This document shows, piece by piece, positions 36,958 to 48,781 of a stretch of 64,000 bases of DNA. The DNA lies in the NCBI GenBank assembly GCA_964016885.1, contig OZ024742.1, forward strand, positions 301,506,001 to 301,570,000, written 5' to 3'. Both the position numbers and the translations under genes were made by a program. This stretch comes from Eledone cirrhosa. Lineage: Eukaryota. Under the pieces are notes generated by a model. That model did not search any database, was not told where the DNA came from, and saw only the letters and a program-made list of their open reading frames with translations. Position 1 is the first letter of the stretch. Each line of letters begins with the position of its first letter.

Positions 36958-36960
<3 letters not shown>
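34298..36960 (+). mobile_element. RTE family 2 element with a long 3' UTR
   Basis: ORF plus a ~280-bp 3' UTR ending GGACGTAAAACGG(TGA)n. Confidence 0.92.
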
Positions 36961-36999
<39 letters not shown>

Positions 37000-37055
37000 T
37001 ATATAATATATATAAATATATAATATATATATATATAATATATATATATATATAT

Positions 37056-38221
37056 CATCATCATCATCATCATCACCGTTTTACGTCCATTCTTCCATGC
37101 TAGCATGGGTTAGACAGGTTGTCTTGTTGTGAGCAGTGTCTGGTCGGCTGACCATGCCTTGCTCATACAGGAACTGATTTTGGCCTGGTTTCTGCAGCTG
37201 GATGCCCTTCCTAACACCAACCTCATTTACAGTGAGTGCTGGGTGCTTTTTCCCGTGGCGCCTACACGTCCACTTTACAGTGTGGGTTGGGTGCTTTTTT
37301 GCCGTGGCACCTCGACGACCACTTTGCAGTGGGAGGGTGTGGGGGCATATTGTCTATATGCTTCAGCTTGTACCCATGGGAGGTCGGGTACTCTGTATTA
37401 CTGCGTGACGCCAGAGGTCACGGTCGTGTGTCATCGCCTTTGAGAGGTGCAACTGGGTAAGGTCGGCCCCTATCACCTCATCCCAGGTCTTCTTCGGTCT
37501 CCCCACTCCGCGGCTTCCATTGACTTCTAGTGCTCTGCACCTTTTTATGCAGCTGTCATCCTTCATACGCATCACATGTCCATACCAACGCAACCGCCTC
37601 TCCTGCACACAGCATTTGATTCCTCTTATGCTCAGTCTCTCTCTCAATTCATTTATGCTTTGTCGTTCGCGTATATTACTATTACACATCCATCGGAGCA
37701 TGCAGGCTTCGTTTCTTTCTAATCTACGTAAGTCTTCCACCTTCAGCGCCTAGGTCTCACTACCATGCAACATCGCTGTTCGGATACACGCATCATACAG
37801 TCTGCCTTTCATTTTGAGGGAGAAGCCTTTTGCAGCTAGCAGTGGCAGTAGATCCCTGAACTTCTTTCATCCCATTCTTACTCTAGTTATTGTACTTTCT
37901 GAACACCCACCTCCGCTGCTAATTCGGTCACCTAGGTAGCAGAAGCTGTCTACTGTTTCTACAGAGCCCTCCCAGAGATTGGTGGTACTTGTTTCCTGTG
38001 GCTGTTTGCTGCTTGCTGTCCCAGCACAGCTGCTACATGTGAAGCCTACATTCTTAATTAAGCTTCCTGAGATCCTGCTACATCTCTTGTGTACCCATTA
38101 TTTGCATTTGGGCAGAGAATGGAGTTCCTACCTACACCTTTCCTACATACTGAGCAAGGCCATTTCCCTGAGGGGATCTGGGTTCTGTTTTCTCGTCTAC
38201 TTACAAGGACCTTAGTCTTTG
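37056..38221 (-). mobile_element. RTE family 2, 5'-truncated copy, tail-to-tail with 34298-36960
   Basis: Reverse complement of ~35815-36960. Confidence 0.9.
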
Positions 38222-38235
38222 TATATATATATATA

Positions 38236-38419
38236 TGAAAAACGTAATATAAGAAAATTATAGTAATTAGCTTACTTACTTAAATTTCACTCCAACTAAT
38301 TAGTTTCTGAAAGGAAATATACATAGTCTTCAAATGGAGACCATGGAGAAACTAATTAGTTGGAGTGAAATTTAAGTAAGTAAGCTAATTACTATAATTT
38401 TCTTATATTACGTTTTTCA
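38236..38419. repeat. Perfect ~73-bp inverted repeat containing a GAAAC-TAATTA-GTT hammerhead stem III half
   Basis: Arms 38236-38308 and 38347-38419. Confidence 0.8.
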
Positions 38420-39292
38420 TATATATATATATATATTATATTTAGAGTTATAAACTCAAACAGTCTTTTACAATTAATTAGCTCAAAGAAAGAAGCATTT
38501 CTGAGCCGTGAAATACAAGTTAATATAAATTAATATATGATAAACACCAATATGAACATATAAGCGTTTGCATTGTAAATGACCAAGTTAGCTAGATTGA
38601 AAAATACTAATTAGATTAATACAGTTTGCCTGTCTCGATTTAAAATAATAAATCAATAAAAACAAACCCATATTGACAATAGCCGTGATACCTGGACAAA
38701 TTTAAATTTCAAAATCCAAACCTGTTCCGCAGACAAATTTAAATTTCAAAACCCAAATAAGTTTCGCAACGATAATTTAAGAAAGTGAAAAATTCCAATT
38801 CCTGTGGTCATCAACAGGTATCCAGAAATTAGCATGTTTCACCTCGAAATATTTTTGAAGGACTGGTAATCAAATGCTAACGCACGTGGTTTCCCAGCTC
38901 CTAGCTAGCCCCATACTCATGCTGCTAGAAATAACAGCCTTCTATATGGGATTAAAATTATATTATATATAGGAAAAGAGTCAGGACCCTGATGGCTGCG
39001 CTCCAGCCATTTCATCATCATCATCTTCACCATTTTTCATCCATTCTTCCACACTAGCATGGATAGACGGGTTGTCCTGTTGTGAGCAATGCCAGGTCAG
39101 GTGACCATGTCTTGCTCATACGGGAACTGATTTTGGCTTGATTTCTACAGACCTTCCTAACACCAACTTCATTTACAGTGAGTACTGGGTGCTTTTTTAC
39201 CGTGGCGCCTACACGACCACTTTACTGTGTGGGCTGGGTGCTTTTTTGTCATGACACCCCCACCACCACTTTACAGTAGAAGGGTTGGGGGC

Positions 39293-39323
<31 letters not shown>

Positions 39324-39983
39324 TGATGTCCATGTTTTAGGGCCATGTGACAATATAAAAACATAATTGCGTCAAAAGTTAAGGCTTGTTTGGTCCAGTG
39401 AATGAATCATGTTACAGTTGAAAAGTCATGACTGTAAATATTGTGAATGTCAAAGAACCATGGAATAAGTTTGTTGACTTTAAATAATCATAAATACTGG
39501 CGGGTGTGGCTGCATATAATTTAAAGCAGTGCTCCAGTGTGTGTGCAGTATAATAACTGAAACCAGTAAAATAGTCACACCCTAATTTATAAAGATATTC
39601 TTCTTTTTCTTTGTACGCAAATCAATAAAGATTTTTTTTTTTTTTAAATGAAATAAATATAGATTTAGGGAAAAAGAAATAAAATAAAATTCCTTTGCAA
39701 ATAGAACTACACAAAATTTTATTTACAATAATTTTTATATTTTAATTTTCTATATTTTACTTTACAGACAGAAGTTATACATTGGAAATACACAAAATAA
39801 GATAAAACCAAATTCAAATAATGAAAAAAGGGCAGATCTGGCTGTATAGGGAAGGGCTATAAATGCCATAAATGAGGAAAAAAAGAGGGAAAGAACAAGG
39901 ACTATTGGGCAACGGAAAAAAGAGAGGGGGTAGAGGAGAGTGTGATAGACTCTGCACCTAGGTTGGGGTGGTATGTCGACTGA

Positions 39984-40160
39984 ACCCTGCAGACAAAACT
40001 GCAAAGGTATTTCCATGGACAATAGCCAGCGACTCCTGCTCCAACAGCCACCAACCTCGCAGGGCTCCTTCCTCAGATGGGCTGCTGACATTCCGACTCT
40101 GAGGAGGAGCTCAGCTCTCCAGGGTCCAAGGATGCCTGAGGTCTCAACTGCGACTGGTTT
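39984..40160 (-). pseudogene. CRE-clade non-LTR element, C-terminal restriction-like endonuclease remnant
   Basis: PVAVETSGILGP...EP.E../WLLEQESLAIVHGNTFAVL matches the P.AVET.G..G and WL.Q.LS.A..RGN pattern; one frameshift. Confidence 0.65.
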
Positions 40161-40405
40161 CTATTTTTGGCAATGAGAATAGTTAGAAGCATTCAGTATT
40201 GGATTGGATGTAAATGAGTTCTGTTTGATTGTAAGACAGAGTTATTTTTACAGAACATTTAAACATGATTTGGAATGGACCTCCATCAGTTTCAATGAGG
40301 AGTGATCCAGCTGTTCAATCATCAGAACAGCCTGCTCATGAAATTAACATTAAATAGCTGAACATTTCAAAGACACATGCATTTAAACCAGCTGTATCCA
40401 GCCAA

Positions 40406-40693
40406 TATATATATATATGACAATATACCACCTATCAGCAGGTCAATACCTGGACAGAGACTCAGATTTGCTGGCTACTGTTGGCGCAGCAAGGAAGAAA
40501 TAGCAGGTGATGTATTGTTATGAAGTCCATCTCATGGTACAAGAAACGCTAGTCGTCCCAAGAAGACATACGTCAAGCAGCTTGAGGACGATACTGGATG
40601 CACTGTGGAAGAACTGGCAAACGCTATGAGAGACAGAGATGGAGGAAACGTGTGGTAGAAAGCCGAGCAAGCTCGACCTGATGATGATGATGA
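40406..40693 (+). mobile_element. Short 3' fragment of a fourth RTE-like family with a 13-bp TSD
   Basis: QRLRFAGYCWR...RPKKTYVKQL...AMRDR, (TGA)n tail, and TSD TGTATCCAGCCAA at 40393-40405 and 40694-40706. Confidence 0.82.
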
Positions 40694-41351
40694 TGTATCC
40701 AGCCAAAATTCTCTCATCTATTCCCGCTCAAACTAGCTGGAAACAACTGCTCATACTGATGTTAAGGTATTATTCTAAAAATAAATAACATCAAAATTTC
40801 ATAGATTCAATATTATGTGAGATAATTTTGTTAGATAAAGCCTTTACTGTGAAAATATAATTGTAAATATAGAGTAATGAAAGTGCTAAAGGGTTAAACA
40901 TGATTTGGAATGGACCTCCGTCAGTTTCAATGAGGAGTGATCCAGTTGTTCAATGAATAGAACAGCCTGCTCATAAAATTAACATGTAGGTGGCTCATCA
41001 TTTCAAAGACACGTGTATATTTAAAGTAATTCTCATTGAGATTCAGTATATAACAAAGCTGACCCTTTGAATTGCAAACACCGTCAATCCGATGGGCTTC
41101 CAAACAGTTTCTGCCTACACAAGGCATGGGTCGACCCAAGGCTATGATAAATAACACTTGCCCAAGATACTACACAGTGCGATTGAACCTGGGACCTAAT
41201 GATTGTCAAGTGAGCTTCTTAACCATTCCACCATTCTGTGTCCACAACAGTACATTTATACAAGATTTGGAATGATAAAAATAGTAAGAGAAAAAAATAA
41301 AATTGAAATAATCTGGAAATAAAAATAAAGAATAAAATAAAAAGTCCTTAC

Positions 41352-41490
41352 TAGAATGGAAAGCAGACTTTAAAGATGACGACGATGATGATGAAGACAA
41401 ACAGCCAGTGGTTTGTTGTTTGCTGTTGATCAAATTACGTGTTTCTTCCTCTAAATGTTGACACAACTTCAACTCTTCCTTAATAGTCAT
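41352..41490 (-). CDS. Candidate first coding exon of a host gene (46 codons, Ser-rich)
   Basis: ATG with an upstream in-frame stop, [46 protein letters not shown], then donor GTAAGG. Possible acceptor TTGTTTCAG near 41580. Lies in non-repetitive context. Confidence 0.25.
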
Positions 41491-43200
41491 TCATTAAATA
41501 TTGGATAATAGAAATATAGTAACCCTGAGAAGATTCTGGTACATTTTACAACATTATTTAATGTGTGGCCTTACACAACTGAAACAACTTCTCAATAAAA
41601 CAGTAATAAACACACACAAAAAATCAAGAAAGTTCTTAGTCGTTCCTTTATATGTTTGTACATATAGGTGCCTGTAGGTGTCGGTAGGTGAGTAGGTGTC
41701 AGTGTGTGTGTATGTCTACATGTAGGTGCATCTATGTCGGAGTGTGTATGTCTCTGTATGTGGTCTTGCAAAATAGTAACTATGAAAAAGTTTATTTCAG
41801 GTCAATATAATATAATATTTTTAGTGCTTTACAAAACTACCCTAACTAGTCTAACACTATTTACCTAGACTACAATAATCACAGTGATTCACTGAATAAC
41901 AAGACACATCATCATCATCATCATCATTTTACGTGTTCTCTACACTGGCATGAGTTAAATGGGGGTGTCGTGGTATGAGACTAGATGGATCAGATCAACC
42001 CATCTTACTTATATGTTCTATATTTGGCCTGCTTTCTAATGCTAGATGCCCTTTCTTATGCTAACCACTATACAGGGAGTAATGGGTGTATTTTATTGTT
42101 GCACCATGACTACCAGTTTACATTTTAACATAGTACCAGCAATAGAGAGATGTTGTCACATGCTCATCCAGACTGAAGGGTCCTCTCAAACCCTATATTT
42201 TCTCCATTTGATTGCCAATATATAATATGATCTAATAAAATATTTCCACTACAGAGGAATATTTACACTCAGTTCAGTCATCTTGAAAATATCACATCAT
42301 TTATCACATCTACATTGACAGATGTGGGAGATATTTACACTTAGTCAAGAGATCTTTCAAATGTCACATCATAGCACTTAAACAACCTGAACACCAAGAA
42401 GATGTGAAGTTATAAACAAATCATTAAATTCATCTCTTCATTATTCCATCTTATATGGTTTAAAGGTTTGGGTGTTTGGCTATCAATCTTAAAGTCAGTT
42501 CCTGGTGGTATATTGTGTCCTTGAACAAAACACTTTATTTTACATGGCTACAGCCCACTCAGATGGCAAAAATGAGTCATACCTGTATTTCAAAGGACCA
42601 GCCTTATCACATCTTGTGTCATACTAAATCTCAGATAGAATTATGTTAAGGGTACACATGTCTGTGGAATGCTCAGCCACTTACATGTTAATTTCATGAG
42701 CAGGCTGTTCCATTGGTCAAATAACTGTAACACATATTGTCAGAAGTGATGGAGATCCAACACACACACATTGCATCTTATTAAATGTATGTCTATTTTA
42801 TGCTAAACATCCTAACAAAAGACTTATGTCATGACAATTGTTCCTAATTTCTGAACAATCACCACCATATATTACAAAAGAAGGGTGTTAAAGTTGTATA
42901 TATGGTTGGCTACTCTATATTATTACAAAAGAATTGTGTTAAAATTGTATGTATATATTAGAATTTAATTATTCCAATCCATGCTTCTTTAAGTGTTGTC
43001 TTTGTCTTCAACACAAAAATGTCTGTAAAATAAAGATTATTCAAAAGCAATCTGATAAATTATTTAGTTATTTCATACATACTCACAAAACACACACATA
43101 CACACACGTGGATAAAACACACATATATACTCAGATCCACACATATCTATACACACATGCATACACGCACACACACATACATACATACATACATACATAC

Positions 43201-43564
43201 ATGGTGGCTGCCAACTCATTTTCGAGTACAGCCACTACTTTATATCCATGTAGGAGAACCCCTACCGATGCGCTGAACGAGTGTGACTTTTTAGTCCAGC
43301 CAGCGACTTGAAAACTCTGGTACAAACACTACACTTGTGACAATTATTGACACATAGTGCTGGGCCCATGGTACCATGTGACGACAAGTGCAGAGAGATC
43401 CCCAGATATAAAGCAATGCCCGTGCCGTGAAGCTTTTATAGTGAGCAAAGGCACTGCACAAAGCCAGTCCCACTCTCTTAACCAAGATGATATTTACCAA
43501 AAAGAAGAACAAGTCAACATCATTGGATACCATCAGGGTTGCAGGTGTTATATCAGAGTTTTCC
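43201..43564 (+). mobile_element. Non-coding interspersed element flanked by (TACA)n, 3'-incomplete copy
   Basis: Shares the ATG(G/A)TGGCTGCC..CTCAT start and the AAAAGAAGAA..TCAACATCAT..GCAGGT.TTATATC.GAGTT block with 45178-45713. Confidence 0.6.
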
Positions 43565-43597
43565 TACATACATACATACATACATACATACATACAT

Positions 43598-45108
43598 GGT
43601 GAGTCCAAGTGTGCATATTTGGCAGTAAAACGTGGAAGAGCTGTGCCCTCCTCTAGAAATCTAGAGATGAACCTGACAATACAACCTCTACAGTTAGGTG
43701 ACAACTACAGATATCTTGGACAGGATGAGAATGTCAGATATGATGGACTCATAAATAAGGAGAGAACCAGCACTGAATACCTCAGAAGAGTAAAGAAAAT
43801 ATGGTCATCAGAACTGTCAGCGTACAACAAATACATTGCCCACAATACTTATGCTGTGCCAATTCTAACGCCAACATTTGGCCTGCTGAACTGGTCATTG
43901 CAAGAACTAAGTGGGATGGATGTTAGAACTCGCAAACTTCTCAGTGTTACTGGTAACTTTAACATCAATGGTGATGTGGATAGGCTATACTTCTCACGCA
44001 AGGAAGGTGGCCGGGGTCTAAAATCCATATTAACATTATATGAGACCCGGATAGTAACACTGAAGCAACACCTGCAACAGGGGAAAAAGGTTGGCAACCA
44101 TCTTGCCCAGGTTTATGAGCATGAAAAAAAATATATCATTAGAATAGCGACTGATCTGGAGGATAGATATGGAATAAAGCCTGATATAAATCTCTCACCC
44201 AGAGAAATCGGAAGATCCTATTCAATGTTCAAACAAGATGAAAAAATTGACCAATTCACAGAAAAGGTTGTGCATGGATACTTGAGACGTAAAACACAGA
44301 CCATAGAGGGGATAAACCACTCAAAAAGCCTGGCATGGAGTTCAGACAGGTTTATGACATCACACCTTGAGGGATATCTCTATGCAATACAGGAACAAGA
44401 ACTCCCTACCAAATATCTGCTGCACAAAAGGGGAGGGCCATCAGCTGACAATAAATGTAGGCTATGTAAAACAAAGATCGAGGATGTAAACCACATTGTT
44501 GCCAGCTGCGAAAGAATGTCATCTCGCTACTACTTCCCCATGAGACACGATGGGATAGCTAGAACCATCTGGAATGCACTTCGGAAAACAAAATTAACAA
44601 CAAACGAGGAAGAATATATTGAGACAGATAGCACTAAGGAATACTGGTGGAACCTGAAAATAAAAACTGCCACCAAATTAAAGCACAACCGGCCTGATAT
44701 TGTTGTTTGGGACCACACATTGAAAACGTGTTCTGTTGTGGAGATCAGCTGCTCACTTGATGTAAACATTGTCAGAAAAATACAGGAGAAGGAGGACATC
44801 TACGGACCATTGATGAGGAGTTTACAAATCCAGTATCCAAGATACACCATTAGCTTCATACCCATCATTATTGGAGCTACGGGTTATATACCAACCCGCT
44901 TGGACCAAAGCATGACTGAACTTGGATTTGCGGACAAAGAGCGCAGCTCCCTAATTCATAGTCTACAAATGGCTGCGATAGCTGGCACCTTCAAAATTTG
45001 CAAAATATTCTTGCGATTCAAGGGATGACAATTTCTTTTCTTTTACAACCTTGCCACCAGGAAGGTGGCTGGTCAAAAAAATATACTCGAAATTAAGAGA
45101 AAGAGATA
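43598..45108 (+). mobile_element. R4/Dong-clade non-LTR retrotransposon, 5'-truncated, within (TACA)n; ORF open to 45028
   Basis: YRYLG, LY.SRKEGGRGL, CRLC..EDVNHIVASC, RHD, RPDIVV..VVEIS restriction-like endonuclease. Confidence 0.88.
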
Positions 45109-45177
45109 ACATACATACATACATACATACATACATACATACATACATACATACATACATACATACATACATACATG

Positions 45178-45713
45178 ATGATGGCTGCCCCCTCATATTC
45201 AAGTATGGTCATTGCACGATATACCATTATTAATAATTATTAATTAATTCTATCGTGCAATGCCTGTGCGCGTATATATTTTTTAAAGTGAAGAAAGACT
45301 GTGCACTGAGCCAATACAATGCTCTGAGTGACAGTAGCTATAACCCGAAAAGAAGAAAAGATCAACATCATCGGTAACTACTGAGCCGCAGGTTTTATAT
45401 CGGAGTTATCCCAGTTTCCTGAGTTGCCTTCTCCTAGAAGAATGCCCTGACAAAAGCTAGGGGTCCTTCACTCCCAGTGGTTTAACCGCGCGGTACATGT
45501 GTATATACATATTTACACACTTTCGGATGGCCGTTGACTCTTATGAGTTCTTCCGCCCTTTGTCAGGTTTTGTTTTTTGTCCTGCAGGGTGTCCAAAATC
45601 ACCCTCCTCACCAAGTAAACTTGGTGGGGTTGCCGGTTTAGTCGCCGACGACCCGACCATGCGACAGATTGTACTGGGTTACATGTTACCAGTAGCACTA
45701 AAGAGTGACCTGA
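45178..45713 (+). mobile_element. Non-coding element bounded by (TACA)n on both sides
   Basis: Paralog of 43201-43564 with an internal hairpin at 45210-45262. Confidence 0.6.
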
Positions 45714-46029
45714 CATAATATACATATATACATACATACATACATACAAACATACAAACATACATACATACAAACATACATACATACATAATTGTTTCTA
45801 CTTTAAAAGATTCATCAGCAGCAGATACATAATAGAAGCCAACTTGTGTCTGAGTACAGCCACTACTAAGACAAAAGAAAATAAAAATAAATCCCTGCAC
45901 ATTGGCAAAAATGTGTTGTTTGTTGTTGTTGTTGCTGATAACAATATTTAGTTATGTTCCTTTAATCCTTTTGATACCAAACTGCCTTAAACTGCCCCCG
46001 GTTCTATCATATGAACCTATTTATTTTAA

Positions 46030-46245
46030 CTCTTCAGCATTTATACCAACCGTACCCAGCCAGATTTCTCTCACCTCTTTCTGTTCAAACCAGCCGTAAT
46101 CAGCCACTCGTACTTATGTTCAGGTATTGTTCTCAAAATAAATATCAAAATCTCATAGGTTCAATATTATGTGAGATAATTATGTGAGATAAAGTCTACC
46201 ATGAAAATACAAGAGTAAATATAGAATAATGTAAATGCTAAAGGG
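46030..46245. mobile_element. piggyBac-like MITE; an interrupted paralog lies at ~40378-40893
   Basis: TTAA on both sides and TIRs CTCTTCAGCATT / AATGCTAAAGGG. Confidence 0.75.
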
Positions 46246-48234
46246 TTAAAATGTTTATAGTTATCTAAAACCTTCCATCATAATTTTATGTAAAAATATT
46301 TATTAAATTGTGCTCCAAACAGCAACTTAATAATGAGTAAGTTATATATTACTAAATCCCTCAAAATATTGATATATTTTCAAAATGGTTTTAAAAATTA
46401 TAAGCAGTATTTTCCATTAGAGATACCACATGGGGACTGAAGGTGGACTGACACTTGAATACTAAAATATGAAAGGAAAAACATCATAAGGACATGATTT
46501 CAATGGTGATTTAATTTGTAATGAATATATGCAAGAGGAAAAAATAATGTGAGAAAAATCAGAAAGCTAAAAAACATAGTCTATTAAATAACAAGAAAGG
46601 AAAACTGTATAAAAATTAAAATCTCTTTTTATTTACACTACATAAAATTAACATAACATTACTATTTAGGAAAAGATTATATACACAATAAATCCAACAT
46701 TAATTACAATGAAATAATGTAATGTGTTTTGTTTTGGTGTAAGTATTAATGAATGTTAGGCTAAATGATAAATACCTTAAGAAAACAATTTTCTTGTATT
46801 GACAGGACACACAATAGTTTGTGTCTTGTAGAAAAATAGCATAGCATAAAAATTGTTGGTGGGAAAGACTAGTAAAGATATAAATCTGACTGACATAGAT
46901 TCAGGAAAGATTTAGATCACTTGCCATCTTAAGATTTTCATAGCATTTTATAGACCTGCTAACCTCTAAAAACACCAAACAAGGAGAACCATGAAAAAAA
47001 GAGCTCCAAAGCCGGGGGAACTAATGCACAAAATGGTGAGATTTTACATAATGAAAGCTATACCCATTTTCACAAGAGAAGACATCTCTCACCTACCCCA
47101 AAGTGGGTGGAAGATCTCCCCATGGGATGGAGAGAGTTGACAGGTCTGATTTTATATAACTAGCCATTATGTGACCAAAAGGTTTCTAGAACATTGTAAA
47201 TTAATTCAGTGATTGAACATAAATTTTTTATGTGTAATTTGACAGATTAATGTATCCAATAAAAGGAGCATAAGTCAAAGATAACATATATTATTCACAC
47301 AGGAAGAGAGGGTGTTCAATGGACTGGACAAATTAATTTTTTTAGCATGTCCAAAGGTAGGGGTGAAACTACTCTGTTGAAGCTATTTATTTATAATGAC
47401 TCATGAAAGATATGAAGATGACATTTGTTTCAGTAGACTTGGCTACTAATGTGTCTAGATACCTGAAGAAGTTGCCTCTTCCATTTACTAAAAACCTGTA
47501 CCAGTTATTTAAAGAAGTTTCTCCATCCATTTGATAAAAGCTTGCATTAGTTTATTTTAATAGAATACATGCAAATAAACACAGCTTATATTTTTTTTAA
47601 GTGGAGGCGTGTAGCCTAATGGTTAGGGTGTTAGACTTACGATCATAATGTCATGGGTTCGATTCCTGGGCTGGGTTGCATGTTGTGTTCTTCAGCAAAA
47701 CACTTCCTTTCACGTTTCTCCAGTATACTCAGCTGAAAATGAGTACCAGTAATAGCTGGGGGTTTAACTCTGTGATGGACTGGCGTCGTGTCCAGGGGGA
47801 GTCTTGTACTCTCAATCACTTCATGCCATGAAACTAAGACAAGCACCGGCCTAACAAGCATTAAATAGCTTAAGACAGACTTTAGACTTAGACTTTAGGG
47901 GATGGTGGGACAAAAAAGTGGAAGAAGACATGCACACACTGAATCACATGTCTCAACAAGGGGTGCTGGAATTTTCCCCCTAATAATTTTTCAGGCAAGT
48001 CAACACACTTGCAGCATTACTGCAGGTGATAATGAGGATAAGACACTGGAATAATTAAACACCATTGTGGACATCACCTGTTACATTTGTAAAGCAAGCT
48101 ACCAACAATAACAAGGACTTCATTGGCAGCAACACAGCTCTCCAAAACATCTCAAATGTCACAGGCTAAAAAAAAAAGTTTGCTGATGATCCCTGGTGTT
48201 TTAGAATTTTATTCTGTTTATTGACCTTTATTTG

Positions 48235-48426
48235 TTACTACTCCTGTGCAATGGCCACATGTAAAACCTATGTTTTTAGCTAACTTACCACGGATACCAC
48301 TACATCTCTTGTGCACTGGTAGTTTGCATTTGGGTCAGATGATGGAATTTCTACCCACCCCTTTCCTACATACTGAGAAGGACCATTTCCCAGAAGGGAT
48401 CAAGGCCTTGTTTACATTACTACTTA
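48235..48426 (-). mobile_element. Internal RTE fragment (PHD-like region)
   Basis: KALIPSGKWSFSVCRKGVGRNSII..HKRCSG..FTCGHC. Confidence 0.75.
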
Positions 48427-48454
48427 CTTGAAGCTGTTCGAAGTAGAGCCTATA

Positions 48455-48781
48455 TATATAGGCTCTATATCGAACAGCTTCAAGACGAGATAACACTCGC
48501 ACCTCCACTCTTTCAAAAAACACAATCTAGCCAGCTCCACTTCTTTATCTAGCTACGTACACTCCCTGAAAACTAGGAATAGACCATTTACACTACAATG
48601 GGAAGTAGTAGGTAGGGCCTCATCGTATAAACCACCAAATAGATTGTGTAGTCTCTGTCTTCTAGAAACCCATACTATAATCTTTTCGAAACTAGACCTC
48701 CTTAATAGAAAGTCAGGGACATTTTCCTCGTGCCAGCACCAATATCGGCATTCATTCCATAACTTTAAACCCAGCTGTTAG
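48455..48781 (+). pseudogene. Naiad-type GIY-YIG C-terminal half (absent from the ORF track), with a 5' fold-back palindrome at 48427-48484
   Basis: YIGSISNSFKTR*HSHLHSFK...TSLS...LQWEV...CSLCLLE...LLNRK...SCQH. Confidence 0.8.

Noticed and set aside
43487-43597. N-terminal 37 codons of the 513-aa ORF
   Set aside because: They read through a neighbouring element and (TACA)n, and are not part of the Dong protein.
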